Shown piece by piece: positions 1 to 8,309 of a stretch of DNA of 32,000 nt (positions within the stretch are counted from its first letter, which is position 1; every line of letters begins with the position of its first letter). Made by a program: the position numbers and the translations under genes. Below the pieces are notes generated by a model, which made no database searches, had not been told where the DNA came from, and saw only the letters and a program-made list of their open reading frames with translations. Source of the stretch: Nitrosopumilus maritimus SCM1 (GTDB lineage Archaea; Thermoproteota; Nitrososphaeria; Nitrososphaerales; Nitrosopumilaceae); assembly GCF_000018465.1 (NCBI RefSeq), contig NC_010085.1:480001-512000 (forward strand), written 5' to 3'.

Positions 1-148
1 TGTAGTCTGGGTTTGAATCAATTTTTTTGAAAATTTCTTTTGCTTTATTTTTATCAATATCACTTGCTTTTCTTAATGAATCAAGTGAAGTAAGAAAACC
101 GTTATCCAAGTCTTCAATTCTTAATTTTCTTATGGTAGACTCGCTCAT
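1..148 (-). CDS. GNAT-family N-acetyltransferase, N-terminal part only (gene continues past the left edge)
   Basis: Not in the ORF track because it is truncated. The reverse-strand ATG at 148..146 gives MSESTIRKLRIEDLDNGFLTSLDSLRKASDIDKNKAKEIFKKIDSNPDY. This opening (IRxL..DL..GFL..L..L) resembles small archaeal GNAT/GNA1-like acetyltransferases. Its ATG overlaps the TGA of the upstream gene (ATGA). Confidence 0.5.
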   Translation of the reverse strand, partial: MSESTIRKLRIEDLDNGFLTSLDSLRKASDIDKNKAKEIFKKIDSNPDY

Positions 149-861
149 TTTTTCCTCTTTTTAGATTTTTTTGCAAATTCTTCATTTGCTTGCTTGTATG
201 ATTCCTTGTTTCCAATATCCATGAATCCTTTTTTTGTAATAAAACCTGAAATCATTTTTTTATTTTTCATTGCTTTTTTGATTACATCATCCATTCCATA
301 TGGTTTGTTTTTTGGAATGTATTTCAAAACATTTGGCTCCATAACATAACATCCCATATTGATATTTGCTTTAATCTCTGGTTTTTCTTCCCAATTAGTT
401 ACTTTGCCTGTTTTTGTGGTATTAATAACCCCATATTGCAAATTTGTTTTGTATTCATACAAACTCATGGTTGTAAATGCTTTCTTTGATTTGTGTTGTT
501 TTATCATGTTTTTGAGACTAAAATCAAAAATTGAATCCCCATACACACAAACAAAAGTATCGTTGATAAAATCTTCTGCAGTTTTGAGTTGACCTGCAGT
601 AGCTAGTGGTTTTTTTGAAACTGCGTATTCTATATTCACCCCAAATTTTTTTCCATCTTTAAAATAATCTTGAATTTTTTCTTTACGATAACTTACACAC
701 AAAACTATTGACTTTACACCATTTCTCTTATTCCAATCAATTAGATGTTCTAGAATTGGCTTTTTACCTAATGGCAGCATGGGTTTTGGAGTTTTTAGCG
801 TTAACGGACGCAATCTTGTGCCTAAACCCCCTGCTAAAATTACTGCTTTCACAAGTATCAT
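145..861 (-). CDS. sugar-1-phosphate nucleotidyltransferase (RmlA/ManC/GlmU-N-terminal family)
   Basis: 238-aa ORF. The N-terminal AVILAGGLGTRLRPLTLKTPKPMLPL is the GxGTRxxPxT nucleotide-binding signature of this family. Sugar specificity cannot be read by eye. Confidence 0.85.
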   Translation of the reverse strand: MILVKAVILAGGLGTRLRPLTLKTPKPMLPLGKKPILEHLIDWNKRNGVKSIVLCVSYRKEKIQDYFKDGKKFGVNIEYAVSKKPLATAGQLKTAEDFINDTFVCVYGDSIFDFSLKNMIKQHKSKKAFTTMSLYEYKTNLQYGVINTTKTGKVTNWEEKPEIKANINMGCYVMEPNVLKYIPKNKPYGMDDVIKKAMKNKKMISGFITKKGFMDIGNKESYKQANEEFAKKSKKRKK

Positions 862-907
862 TTTGTATGTGAGTATTTATGTTCGAGGCTGATTTTATAT
901 CAAAATC

Positions 908-2206
908 TTAACCTTTAATTTTTAATATTTTTTCTAAAACATTTTCTGGAGTTTTACCAAAAACAATAATCATTGGCTCTTTTCCAAAATCCCCTTTATG
1001 AAAAATCACATCCGGGATTTTTTTCGAATTTTTTATTGCAGAATTTATTCCCCATCTAATCGTAGAACCTTTAATTTTAACATGTTTTGGTTCTTTACTA
1101 CGATCATAACTGCTAACTTCTAACTTTGATTTTTTAATTTTTGATAATGTTGTACTTTGATATTTTAAATTAATTGCAGAACAAATTCCTGGATATTTTT
1201 TATTCATTGATAACAATGCAGTTGCCACATGTTTTGAACCTCCATACTTTAAATCCCCTGCAACAAGAACGTTTGTTCCAGCTTTTACAATTCTTCCTGA
1301 AATCCCCAAAACATCTTTTGTAGATTTTGGTCTTTGTTTTGAGAATACAAAATTTGTTTGGCACTCTGGAATATTTTTGTAAATTCCTTTTAATTTTATA
1401 AATTTGGTTATTGCTGATGATAATTCATCTTCAATCTTATTTTTACTTTGTATATCAGTAATGGCAATACCCTTTCCAATTTTTTTTGCATTTTTTATTG
1501 ACTTGTATGTGAATTTCTTTGCAAAATATAGTGATTCTTTGATACTTTTCTTTTTTGCAAGTGAATACACTACTGCAGCTGAGTGGATGCATCCACTGCC
1601 GTGATTAATTTTTGGGATTTTTTCACCTGAAATGATATATTTTGAATTTTTTTCTAGAACAAAATCTGACACTTTCTTTTTTTCTTCAATTCCTGTAATT
1701 GTGACATTTTTTGCTCCCATATTTTGAATCTCTTTTGCCACTTTTTCAGGCGTGTTTTTTGTTGAAATTTTCATTTTTGTAAGTAACTCTGCTTCTTTTT
1801 TGTTTGGTGTAATTATTGTTGCAAGTGGAACGATGTATTTTTGAAAATCTTTCCTTGCATTATTTTCTATTAAACTTCCTCCGGTGGTTGATCTTATTAC
1901 TGGATCAACTACAATTGGAATTTTTAATTTTTTTAATTGTTGGTGTATTATTTTGATAATTTTTGAATTGTATACCATTCCAATTTTAACTCCATTAATT
2001 TTGAAATCTGAAAATACTGATTCTAATTGTTTTTGTAATATTTTAGATGAAACTGGCTCAACCATTCCAAATTTTGAAGTATTCTGACTTGTAATTGCTG
2101 TTATTACAGTTAATGTATGTACTCCTAATGCTGAAAACACTCTGATGTCGCTTTGAATTCCTGCTCCTGATGACGGATCAGAACCGCCAATAGAAAGAAT
2201 GTTCAT
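908..2206 (-). CDS. thiDN: bifunctional hydroxymethylpyrimidine/phosphomethylpyrimidine kinase + ThiN-type thiamine-phosphate synthase (archaeal ThiDN fusion)
   Basis: 432 aa. The N-terminus IGGSDPSSGAGIQSDIRVF is ThiD-like. The ~170-aa C-terminal extension (..YGGSKHVATALL..) is ThiN-like. thiC lies nearby. Confidence 0.88.
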   Translation of the reverse strand: MNILSIGGSDPSSGAGIQSDIRVFSALGVHTLTVITAITSQNTSKFGMVEPVSSKILQKQLESVFSDFKINGVKIGMVYNSKIIKIIHQQLKKLKIPIVVDPVIRSTTGGSLIENNARKDFQKYIVPLATIITPNKKEAELLTKMKISTKNTPEKVAKEIQNMGAKNVTITGIEEKKKVSDFVLEKNSKYIISGEKIPKINHGSGCIHSAAVVYSLAKKKSIKESLYFAKKFTYKSIKNAKKIGKGIAITDIQSKNKIEDELSSAITKFIKLKGIYKNIPECQTNFVFSKQRPKSTKDVLGISGRIVKAGTNVLVAGDLKYGGSKHVATALLSMNKKYPGICSAINLKYQSTTLSKIKKSKLEVSSYDRSKEPKHVKIKGSTIRWGINSAIKNSKKIPDVIFHKGDFGKEPMIIVFGKTPENVLEKILKIKG

Positions 2207-2300
2207 ATCATTTTCACATTTTGAACACTAATCTATTTTTCTTTTTAGTTTGATTCAACATTATGATATTTGTTTTATAGTTTGAAGTTTATTTCACACT

Positions 2301-2492
2301 ATGACTGAAATTCCGATAATTGATGATTCCACTCCTGAAGAATTACGCTGTACTGTATGTTTACTACCTATGCAATACCAAACAAAAAAAGATGGAAAGT
2401 TTTTGTGGCAATGTTTCAAGTGTGGAAAACAATACCTTGTATCTGATAATGTTGATGATTCTGTAGAAGAGAGTTGGAGTCCTCCAAGATAA
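2301..2492 (+). CDS. small zinc-ribbon protein (63 aa), function unknown
   Basis: It has two CxxC pairs (CTVC ... CFKC) about 20 residues apart and an acidic tail. The ATG start follows an AT-rich promoter-like spacer. Confidence 0.6.
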   Translation: MTEIPIIDDSTPEELRCTVCLLPMQYQTKKDGKFLWQCFKCGKQYLVSDNVDDSVEESWSPPR

Positions 2493-2710
2493 TGACTGAA
2501 CTAGATTATACAAAATCCGAAAATCAAAAACTCCGTCAATACATTTCACTAATTAATGCAGAACTTGAATTGTCTCAGAGAGTTTTTGAGATAAGGCAAA
2601 ACTTTGCAAACTCTCCTGACTCTGAGCGTATAATTCAGCCTATTTTGGATAGAATTTCAAAAATTCAATCCGAAAAGACACCTCTTGAAAATGAATTGAA
2701 TCTAAATTAG
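2492..2710 (+). CDS. hypothetical small helical/coiled-coil protein (72 aa)
   Basis: The ORF-track frame is 2474..2710. The ATG at 2492 overlaps the TAA of the preceding gene (TAATG), which suggests coupling. The sequence is heptad-like, with no domain I recognise. Confidence 0.5.
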   Translation: MTELDYTKSENQKLRQYISLINAELELSQRVFEIRQNFANSPDSERIIQPILDRISKIQSEKTPLENELNLN

Positions 2711-2711
2711 T

Positions 2712-2810
2712 TTATTCTGATGATTGAGTTACACAATTAAAAGAGCAGAATTCATCTTTCATACTGTAGAACTCTTTTCCACAATGTCTGCATTCTCTAA
2801 TGGTTCTCAT
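2712..2810 (-). CDS. candidate 32-aa zinc-ribbon micro-protein (below ORF-track cutoff)
   Basis: Manual translation from ATG 2810..2808 to TAA 2714..2712 gives MRTIRECRHCGKEFYSMKDEFCSFNCVTQSSE. It carries CxxC (C7, C10) plus CxxxC (C22, C26). It is convergent with the 2492..2710 gene. Confidence 0.4.
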   Translation of the reverse strand: MRTIRECRHCGKEFYSMKDEFCSFNCVTQSSE

Positions 2811-2941
2811 ACGATACTGTACCACATAATTCCATTTAAAGGCGATCTATTTTCTTAATATAGTGGCAAAAAATTTCATGCGATCAATAAAATTCTGTAA
2901 CGTTATGATTGTTTAAATCAGGCAAACGCCTAGAATATTTT

Positions 2942-4270
2942 ATGGCAACTCAAATGACTGCAGCAAGACGCGGTGTTGCAACTGATGAGATGAAACAAGT
3001 TGCAAAAGATGAGGATGTTACTCTTGATTGGTTAATCCCAAAAATTGCAAAGGGCTCTATAATTATTCCAAGTAATAACTGTAGACCTCAAAAAATTCAT
3101 AATGTTGGAATTGGTAAGGGTTTGAAAACCAAAGTAAACGTAAACATTGGAACTTCTACATTAAACGTAAATCTAGAAGAAGAGATTGAAAAAGCAAAAG
3201 TTGCTGTAAAATATCATGCAGATACTATGATGGATCTTAGTGATGGCGGTGATGTAAAACACATAAGAAAAACTCTGTTAGAAACTGCTCCAATTACTTT
3301 TGGCACTGTTCCAATTTATGAAGCATACAACTATGGTGTTGAAGTACACAAAAACCCATTGAATTTAACTGAAGATGATTATCTAAACGCATTTGAAAAC
3401 AATGCTAAAGATGGCGTTGATTATACTACAATTCACTGTGGAATTACAAAAGACATTGCAAAAAGAATTCTAAAGGTTCAGAGATATGGTGGTGTTGTCA
3501 GTAAAGGAGGCACCATAACTGCCGCATGGATGTTAAAACATGACAAAGAAAATCCCTACTTGACTCATTATGATTATCTTGTGGAGATGGCAAAAAAATA
3601 TGATGTGACTTTTAGCCTTGGAGATGCTCTTAGGCCAGGCTCAATTTTGGACTCTCATGATGAATTACAAGTTCAAGAAATGATTAACATCTCTCAGCTA
3701 ACAAAACGTGCACATGAACAAGATGTTCAAGTGATGGTTGAAGGTCCAGGCCATGTACCATTAAACGAAGTTGCAGCAAATGTTAGACTGGCAAAGTCTT
3801 TGATTGGAGATGTTCCATATTATGTTCTAGGACCTTTAGTAACAGATGTTGCATCTGGACATGATCATATTGCAAGTGCAATTGGTGCCGCTGTATCTGC
3901 AAGTGAAGGTGTTGATCTTTTGTGTTATCTTACTCCTTCAGAACATCTTGCATTACCAAACGCTGAAGAAGTAAAGGCTGGATTAATTGCATATCGAATT
4001 GCAGCACATGCAGGTGATCTTGTAAAAATTCGTGATAAAGCGATCAAATGGGATATGGAGATGACTGAAGCTCGACGTACACTAGATTGGGAAAAACAAC
4101 TTGCATTGTCTATTGATCCTGAAGAAGCTGCTAAAATTCACAGTAGAACAGGCCAACACCCTGGCAATAATGTTCCTTGTACTATGTGCGGAGGTGCATG
4201 TGTTTACATGATGTTGCCTCAACAAAAAAAATACGAGAAAGAAAACGAAAACCTACAACAAATTGAATAA
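2942..4270 (+). CDS. thiC: phosphomethylpyrimidine synthase ThiC (radical SAM)
   Basis: The ORF-track frame starts at TTG 2909. The first ATG at 2942 gives MATQMTAARRGVATDEM.., a typical ThiC N-terminus. The ThiC-like sequence runs the full length and includes the C-terminal Cys triad CTMCGGAC. Confidence 0.93.
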   Translation: MATQMTAARRGVATDEMKQVAKDEDVTLDWLIPKIAKGSIIIPSNNCRPQKIHNVGIGKGLKTKVNVNIGTSTLNVNLEEEIEKAKVAVKYHADTMMDLSDGGDVKHIRKTLLETAPITFGTVPIYEAYNYGVEVHKNPLNLTEDDYLNAFENNAKDGVDYTTIHCGITKDIAKRILKVQRYGGVVSKGGTITAAWMLKHDKENPYLTHYDYLVEMAKKYDVTFSLGDALRPGSILDSHDELQVQEMINISQLTKRAHEQDVQVMVEGPGHVPLNEVAANVRLAKSLIGDVPYYVLGPLVTDVASGHDHIASAIGAAVSASEGVDLLCYLTPSEHLALPNAEEVKAGLIAYRIAAHAGDLVKIRDKAIKWDMEMTEARRTLDWEKQLALSIDPEEAAKIHSRTGQHPGNNVPCTMCGGACVYMMLPQQKKYEKENENLQQIE

Positions 4271-4657
4271 TACTTTGTCAAGACTAGGAACTGTTTCATA
4301 ATTTTTTAATTCCTCAACATTAATCCATTTAAAATCAGAATTTTCCCAATTGAGTTTGATGGTTGGGTTTTTTGCTTCAAATAAAAATGGAAAAATCTTC
4401 CATTCATGATTTTGATATTGTGGTGAATTAACTCTCATCTCTTCAGCTGATTTTAGTAAAGTTATTTCATCTTCTGTAATTCCAACCTCTTCAAATATCT
4501 CGATTTTTGCTCTTTTGAGTGGCTCTTCATTTTTTTCTATAATTCCGCTTATGCCTGCCCACAAACCTTTCATGGTTTTGACGTCAGCACTTCGTTTTAG
4601 AATTAATAATTTTTCATTATCTTTGATAAAAGAAGTAACTATCTTTGTTGAGCGCAT
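4253..4657 (-). CDS. NUDIX hydrolase
   Basis: 134 aa with a Nudix-box-like GIIEKNEEPLKRAKIEIFEEVGI (Gx5Ex7[R->I]EUxEExGU). It lies 5 nt downstream of tyrA on the same strand. Its 3' end overlaps the thiC 3' end by 18 nt (convergent). Confidence 0.8.
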   Translation of the reverse strand: MRSTKIVTSFIKDNEKLLILKRSADVKTMKGLWAGISGIIEKNEEPLKRAKIEIFEEVGITEDEITLLKSAEEMRVNSPQYQNHEWKIFPFLFEAKNPTIKLNWENSDFKWINVEELKNYETVPSLDKVLFNLL

Positions 4658-4662
4658 ATCCG

Positions 4663-5514
4663 TTATTTTTCAACGGCTTTGACCATCTTTGTTAATTTCT
4701 TGTAAGATTCATTGATGTCTGTGTGTTTGGCTAATCTCTCTTGACAGTCTTTGATGTAATTTACTACTTCTTCTGTTTTAGATTCTTGAACATCAGTTAG
4801 TAATCTTCCAATATCTTTCCAAAGCTCTTCTGCTACTCTACGAATTTCTGGATTTGCAATGATTGTTTCAATTAATTCTGGGGATTCTGTCATAATACTT
4901 TCTGCTAATGTTTTTTGAACTCTGAAAGTTGTACCTGACATTTTTTCTGTAAGCAACATTTTTTCGTCTTTTGAAACAATGTTTGCAAAAACTAAATTCA
5001 TTAAATGAGTTAATCCTAAAATAACTGCAATCTTTTTGTCGTGCTCTACTGCATCAATAGTAACAAAGTTTGCTCCTTCAAATAGTGATTTTGTTACCGT
5101 CAATTCTTTTTTTGCATCTTTGATTGGAACTGAAATTATGTTTTGACCTTTGATTGTTTTTACACCTGGTCCAAACATTGGATGTATGCATATTGGATTG
5201 ATTTTTGCAGGCATTTTTGATAGTGCTGAAACAACTTTGGATTTTTCAGATGAAATTTCTATGAGATATGTACCTCGTTTCATTTCTTTTGCAATTAGTC
5301 TGATAATCTCTGGTGTTCTTCTTGTAGGTGTACATAATACAACATAATCTGCTTTGAGAATTGCACCTACTAGAGACTCTGCTTGTATGATTCCTTTGCC
5401 TGGAATTTTATTTTCTGAATCAAAACCTGTTACTTCGAATCCTTTATCTGCAAAATATTTGGCAAACCATTGTCCCATTTGCCCTCCTGCACCAATAACT
5501 GTGACTTTTTTCAT
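4663..5514 (-). CDS. tyrA: prephenate dehydrogenase
   Basis: 283 aa with the N-terminal Rossmann motif VTVIGAGGQMGQWFAKYF. It has a 4-nt overlap with the upstream chorismate mutase/aminotransferase gene and sits in the aromatic pathway string. Confidence 0.85.
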   Translation of the reverse strand: MKKVTVIGAGGQMGQWFAKYFADKGFEVTGFDSENKIPGKGIIQAESLVGAILKADYVVLCTPTRRTPEIIRLIAKEMKRGTYLIEISSEKSKVVSALSKMPAKINPICIHPMFGPGVKTIKGQNIISVPIKDAKKELTVTKSLFEGANFVTIDAVEHDKKIAVILGLTHLMNLVFANIVSKDEKMLLTEKMSGTTFRVQKTLAESIMTESPELIETIIANPEIRRVAEELWKDIGRLLTDVQESKTEEVVNYIKDCQERLAKHTDINESYKKLTKMVKAVEK

Positions 5515-6881
5515 TGATCTTCACTCATAATCTCCTTTAGTATATTCATTCCTTCAATTAGTGTCTTCTCGTCTTGGCATGCAGAAATTCTGATGAAATT
5601 TTTATAATCTCCAAATCCTTCTCCTGGAGCCACTGCCAAACCTCTTTCCAATATGTTATTTGCAAACTGAACTCCGTCAAATCCTTCTTTATTGACTCTA
5701 GCAAAGATGTACATTGCGCCATCTGGAACTATAATATCTAAATTCATTTCATTTGCTTTTTGAATCAATACATCCAGTCTGCTTTGGACTGTTTTATTAT
5801 TGTTGGATGTATCTGCTTCTAATGCCTTCATGGCAATGTATTGTATTGGTTCTGATACATTTGTCAGACACAATGCTTCTAATTTTGACATCTTTTCAAT
5901 AACATTTGCATCTGCAATTGCATATCCTATTCTAAATCCTGTCATTGCATGTGACTTTGAAAATGATTGTGTTACAATACTTTTTTCATAATTGTAACTC
6001 AAGATACTCTTCCAACTTGATTTTACATATTCTGAATAAATCTCGTCACTTAATACATAGAGGTTGTTCTTTTTTGCAATTTCAATAATCTGATCTTGTA
6101 ATTTTTCTGGAAGAATTTTTCCTGTTGGATTGTTTGGATAATTCAGAACAATCATTTTTGTATTTGAGTTAATTGTATTTTGAATTTGTTCTATAGAAGG
6201 TTCCCACTTATTTTCAAAAGATGTGTTTATTGTTCTAACTTTGATTCCTGAATTTAACGCACAATCTTTGTAGGCTGGCCATGCAGGCTCAATTACGACT
6301 ATTTCATCACCTGGATTTAGGAGTGTAGTGATTGCTGTAAAGATTGAGAATCTGGCACCTGGACTAACTATGATATTTTCTTGAGATACATTTGCATTGA
6401 ATTTTTTATTTACATGTTTTGCTAATGCTTCTCTAAAAATTGGCATTCCTTTTGCTTGACCGTATTTTAGAAATCCTTTATCATACACTTCCTCTAATGC
6501 ATCTTTTACAATTGTTGGTGGTAAAAAGTCAGGCTCCCCTACTTCCATATGGATAATATTTTTTCCTTGTTGCTCCAATTCTTTAGCTTTAAGAAATATT
6601 GAAAGATGAGTCTGTTTATTTGATGATTGAACTTTGATTGATTCATTTAATAGAAAATTCAAAAACTTTGTAGCAATTTTTTCATCTAATCCAATCTCTT
6701 GACCTAGTGAAATCACCTTTTCTCTAAGATTATCTTCACGTGATTCATCAGTTACTCCTTTACCAATGTTTTTCTTTACTTCTCCAATCTGTTTTGCAAT
6801 GTCTGTTCTATCTTTGAGCAGCTTTATCATTTGAAGTGTAACTTCGTCCATCTTATTTCGTAAGTCGTTGATATCTGACAT
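5511..6881 (-). CDS. fusion protein: AroQ-type chorismate mutase (N-terminal ~90 aa) + class I pyridoxal-phosphate aminotransferase
   Basis: The N-terminus LRNKMDEVTLQMIKLLKDRTDIAKQIGEVKK...SREDNLREKV is chorismate-mutase-like. The remainder carries the aminotransferase class I motifs NYPNNPTGK and SFSKSHAMTGFRIGY. Confidence 0.85.
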   Translation of the reverse strand: MSDINDLRNKMDEVTLQMIKLLKDRTDIAKQIGEVKKNIGKGVTDESREDNLREKVISLGQEIGLDEKIATKFLNFLLNESIKVQSSNKQTHLSIFLKAKELEQQGKNIIHMEVGEPDFLPPTIVKDALEEVYDKGFLKYGQAKGMPIFREALAKHVNKKFNANVSQENIIVSPGARFSIFTAITTLLNPGDEIVVIEPAWPAYKDCALNSGIKVRTINTSFENKWEPSIEQIQNTINSNTKMIVLNYPNNPTGKILPEKLQDQIIEIAKKNNLYVLSDEIYSEYVKSSWKSILSYNYEKSIVTQSFSKSHAMTGFRIGYAIADANVIEKMSKLEALCLTNVSEPIQYIAMKALEADTSNNNKTVQSRLDVLIQKANEMNLDIIVPDGAMYIFARVNKEGFDGVQFANNILERGLAVAPGEGFGDYKNFIRISACQDEKTLIEGMNILKEIMSEDQ

Positions 6882-6885
6882 TTTC

Positions 6886-7983
6886 TTACAAAACAGGCTT
6901 GATTTGACCCGAAATTAGTGCATGATCTGCAATTGTTAGTGCTACAAGAGAATCAACTACTGGTGGTGCTCTTGGAACGACACATGGATCGTGTCTTCCT
7001 TTCACTTGAAGTGTGGTTTCTTTTTTGGTCTTGATGTCAACAGTACTTTGTTTTTGTGAAATTGATGATGCGGGCTTGAATGCTACTCTCATGGTAATGG
7101 GCATGCCATTTGAGATTCCACCTAATATTCCGCCTGAATTGTTTGTCTTTGTAACAATTTTTCCTCTTTTTATGGTGTACAAATCATTATTTTCTGAACC
7201 GTACATCTCTGAACCTTTGAATCCTGAACCAAACTCTACTCCTTTTACTGATGGAATAGAAAACATTGCTTTACTCAAATCTGATTCTAGTGAACTAAAA
7301 ATTGGTTCTCCTAAACCAACTGGTACATTTGTTGTAATTGATTCAATGATTCCTCCTAATGAATCTCCTTTTTTTCTTGCATCCAAAATACTTGCTCTCA
7401 TCATTTTTGCAGTTTTTGTTTCAGGACACCTTACTTCGTTTTTGTAAATTGAACTTATCATTTTTTCATTGAATTGTCTTTCCATCTTTATTTTTCCAAT
7501 TTGAGATGTGTAAGAATTTGTTTCAATACCTAATGTAACTTTGAGAAGTTTACGTGCAATCGCACCGCCCATTACATGTGTAGCAGTTAATCTTCCTGAA
7601 AATCGTCCTCCTCCTCGGTGGTCATTATATTGATTATATTTCATCATAGCAGGATAGTCTGAATGTCCTGGTCTGAGTTTTGTTTTCAAATTTTCATAAT
7701 CTTTTGATTTTTGATCACTATTCCAAATTACCATTGTTATTGGAGCTCCGGTTGTATGTCCTCTAAACACTCCTGAGATAATCTCTACAACGTCTCCTTC
7801 TTTTCTTTGTGTTGAAATTAGATTTTGACCTGGTTTTCTTTGGTCTAACATTTTTTGAATATCTTTTTCATCAATCTCTAATCCTGCAGGACATCCGTCT
7901 AAAACTGCCCCAATAGATTTTCCATGACTCTCTCCAAAACTTGTCAACACAAGGCGCTGACCAATAGAACTTCCTGACAACAT
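6886..7983 (-). CDS. aroC: chorismate synthase
   Basis: 365 aa. The sequence FGESHGKSIGAVLDGCPAGL ... RPGHSDY ... GRHDPCVVPRA contains classic chorismate synthase signatures. Confidence 0.95.
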   Translation of the reverse strand: MLSGSSIGQRLVLTSFGESHGKSIGAVLDGCPAGLEIDEKDIQKMLDQRKPGQNLISTQRKEGDVVEIISGVFRGHTTGAPITMVIWNSDQKSKDYENLKTKLRPGHSDYPAMMKYNQYNDHRGGGRFSGRLTATHVMGGAIARKLLKVTLGIETNSYTSQIGKIKMERQFNEKMISSIYKNEVRCPETKTAKMMRASILDARKKGDSLGGIIESITTNVPVGLGEPIFSSLESDLSKAMFSIPSVKGVEFGSGFKGSEMYGSENNDLYTIKRGKIVTKTNNSGGILGGISNGMPITMRVAFKPASSISQKQSTVDIKTKKETTLQVKGRHDPCVVPRAPPVVDSLVALTIADHALISGQIKPVL

Positions 7984-8190
7984 ACTATCAAAGCTAAATG
8001 ATGCTTATAATTCCTCATTCTGAATTTTGATAAATTTTGAGACTAGTCTTTGATAATTTTTTAGAATAATCTTATACATATTTGAGATTTACAAAATATG
8101 GGATATTTCATGAAATATTTTCAATATATTCTTAAATATAATAATAACATATAGAATATATGGAAAAACGTGCAAATTTTACTGCATAAT

Positions 8191-8281
8191 TTGCGCGGCC
8201 TTGCGAAAAAGACATGTTATCTACGCAAAAGCGTTGAGGGTGTGGAGAATGCTTTTCACCCTATACAAGGTCGCGCCTTTT
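8191..8281 (+). ncRNA. candidate structured RNA of unknown class (GC-rich island closed by a long-range stem)
   Basis: gcgcggcc (8193-8200) pairs with ggtcgcgc (8269-8276) and extends to 11 bp with ttg/caa. The single wobble (G8198:T8271) is only tolerated on the + strand. There is an inner hairpin agggtg (8237-8242) / caccct (8257-8262). The element is followed by T4 (8278-8281) and T7 (8297-8303) and preceded by a TATA-like atatagaatatat about 30 nt upstream. Strand and ends are uncertain. Confidence 0.3.
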
Positions 8282-8309
8282 ACCCCCTTTAGTTGATTTT
8301 TTTGAAAAA

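Noticed and set aside
2711-2941. TPP (THI-box) riboswitch upstream of thiC
   Set aside because: I looked for the conserved CUGAGA and ACCUGAUCUGGAUAAUGCCAGCG-like cores on the + strand and found neither. The region instead contains a reverse-strand micro-ORF and AT-rich promoter-like sequence. A covariance-model scan would be needed to be certain.
7013-7447. Antisense or shadow ORFs inside well-supported genes (also 359..592, 1404..1604, 1884..2087, 5150..5347, 5800..5991, 8716..8913, 9304..9814, 10085..10285, 10726..11059, 11924..12274, 14322..14564, 15677..16330, 17926..18177, 19351..19551, 21252..21452, 21529..21729, 21755..22012, 22734..22928, 23692..23877, 24070..24309, 24514..24723, 27954..28238, 28600..28896, 28949..29167, 2364..2549)
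   Set aside because: Each lies entirely opposite to, or out of frame within, a gene with strong family signatures. They have low-complexity, Phe/Ile/Leu/Ser-rich composition typical of antisense frames in AT-rich genomes, and none has a recognisable motif.
7998-8023. tgatgc ... ctga resembling C and D' boxes just upstream of aroC
   Set aside because: The C box is imperfect (TGATGC, not TGATGA). There is no C'/D pair or terminal stem, and such matches are expected by chance in AT-rich sequence.
8191-8281. Whether the GC-rich island is a tRNA, 5S rRNA or C/D-box sRNA
   Set aside because: It has no GTTCRANNC T-loop or cloverleaf and none of the conserved 5S rRNA loop motifs I looked for. It is too short for 5S, and no RUGAUGA/CUGA box pairs flank the stem. 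It is kept only as an RNA of unknown class.
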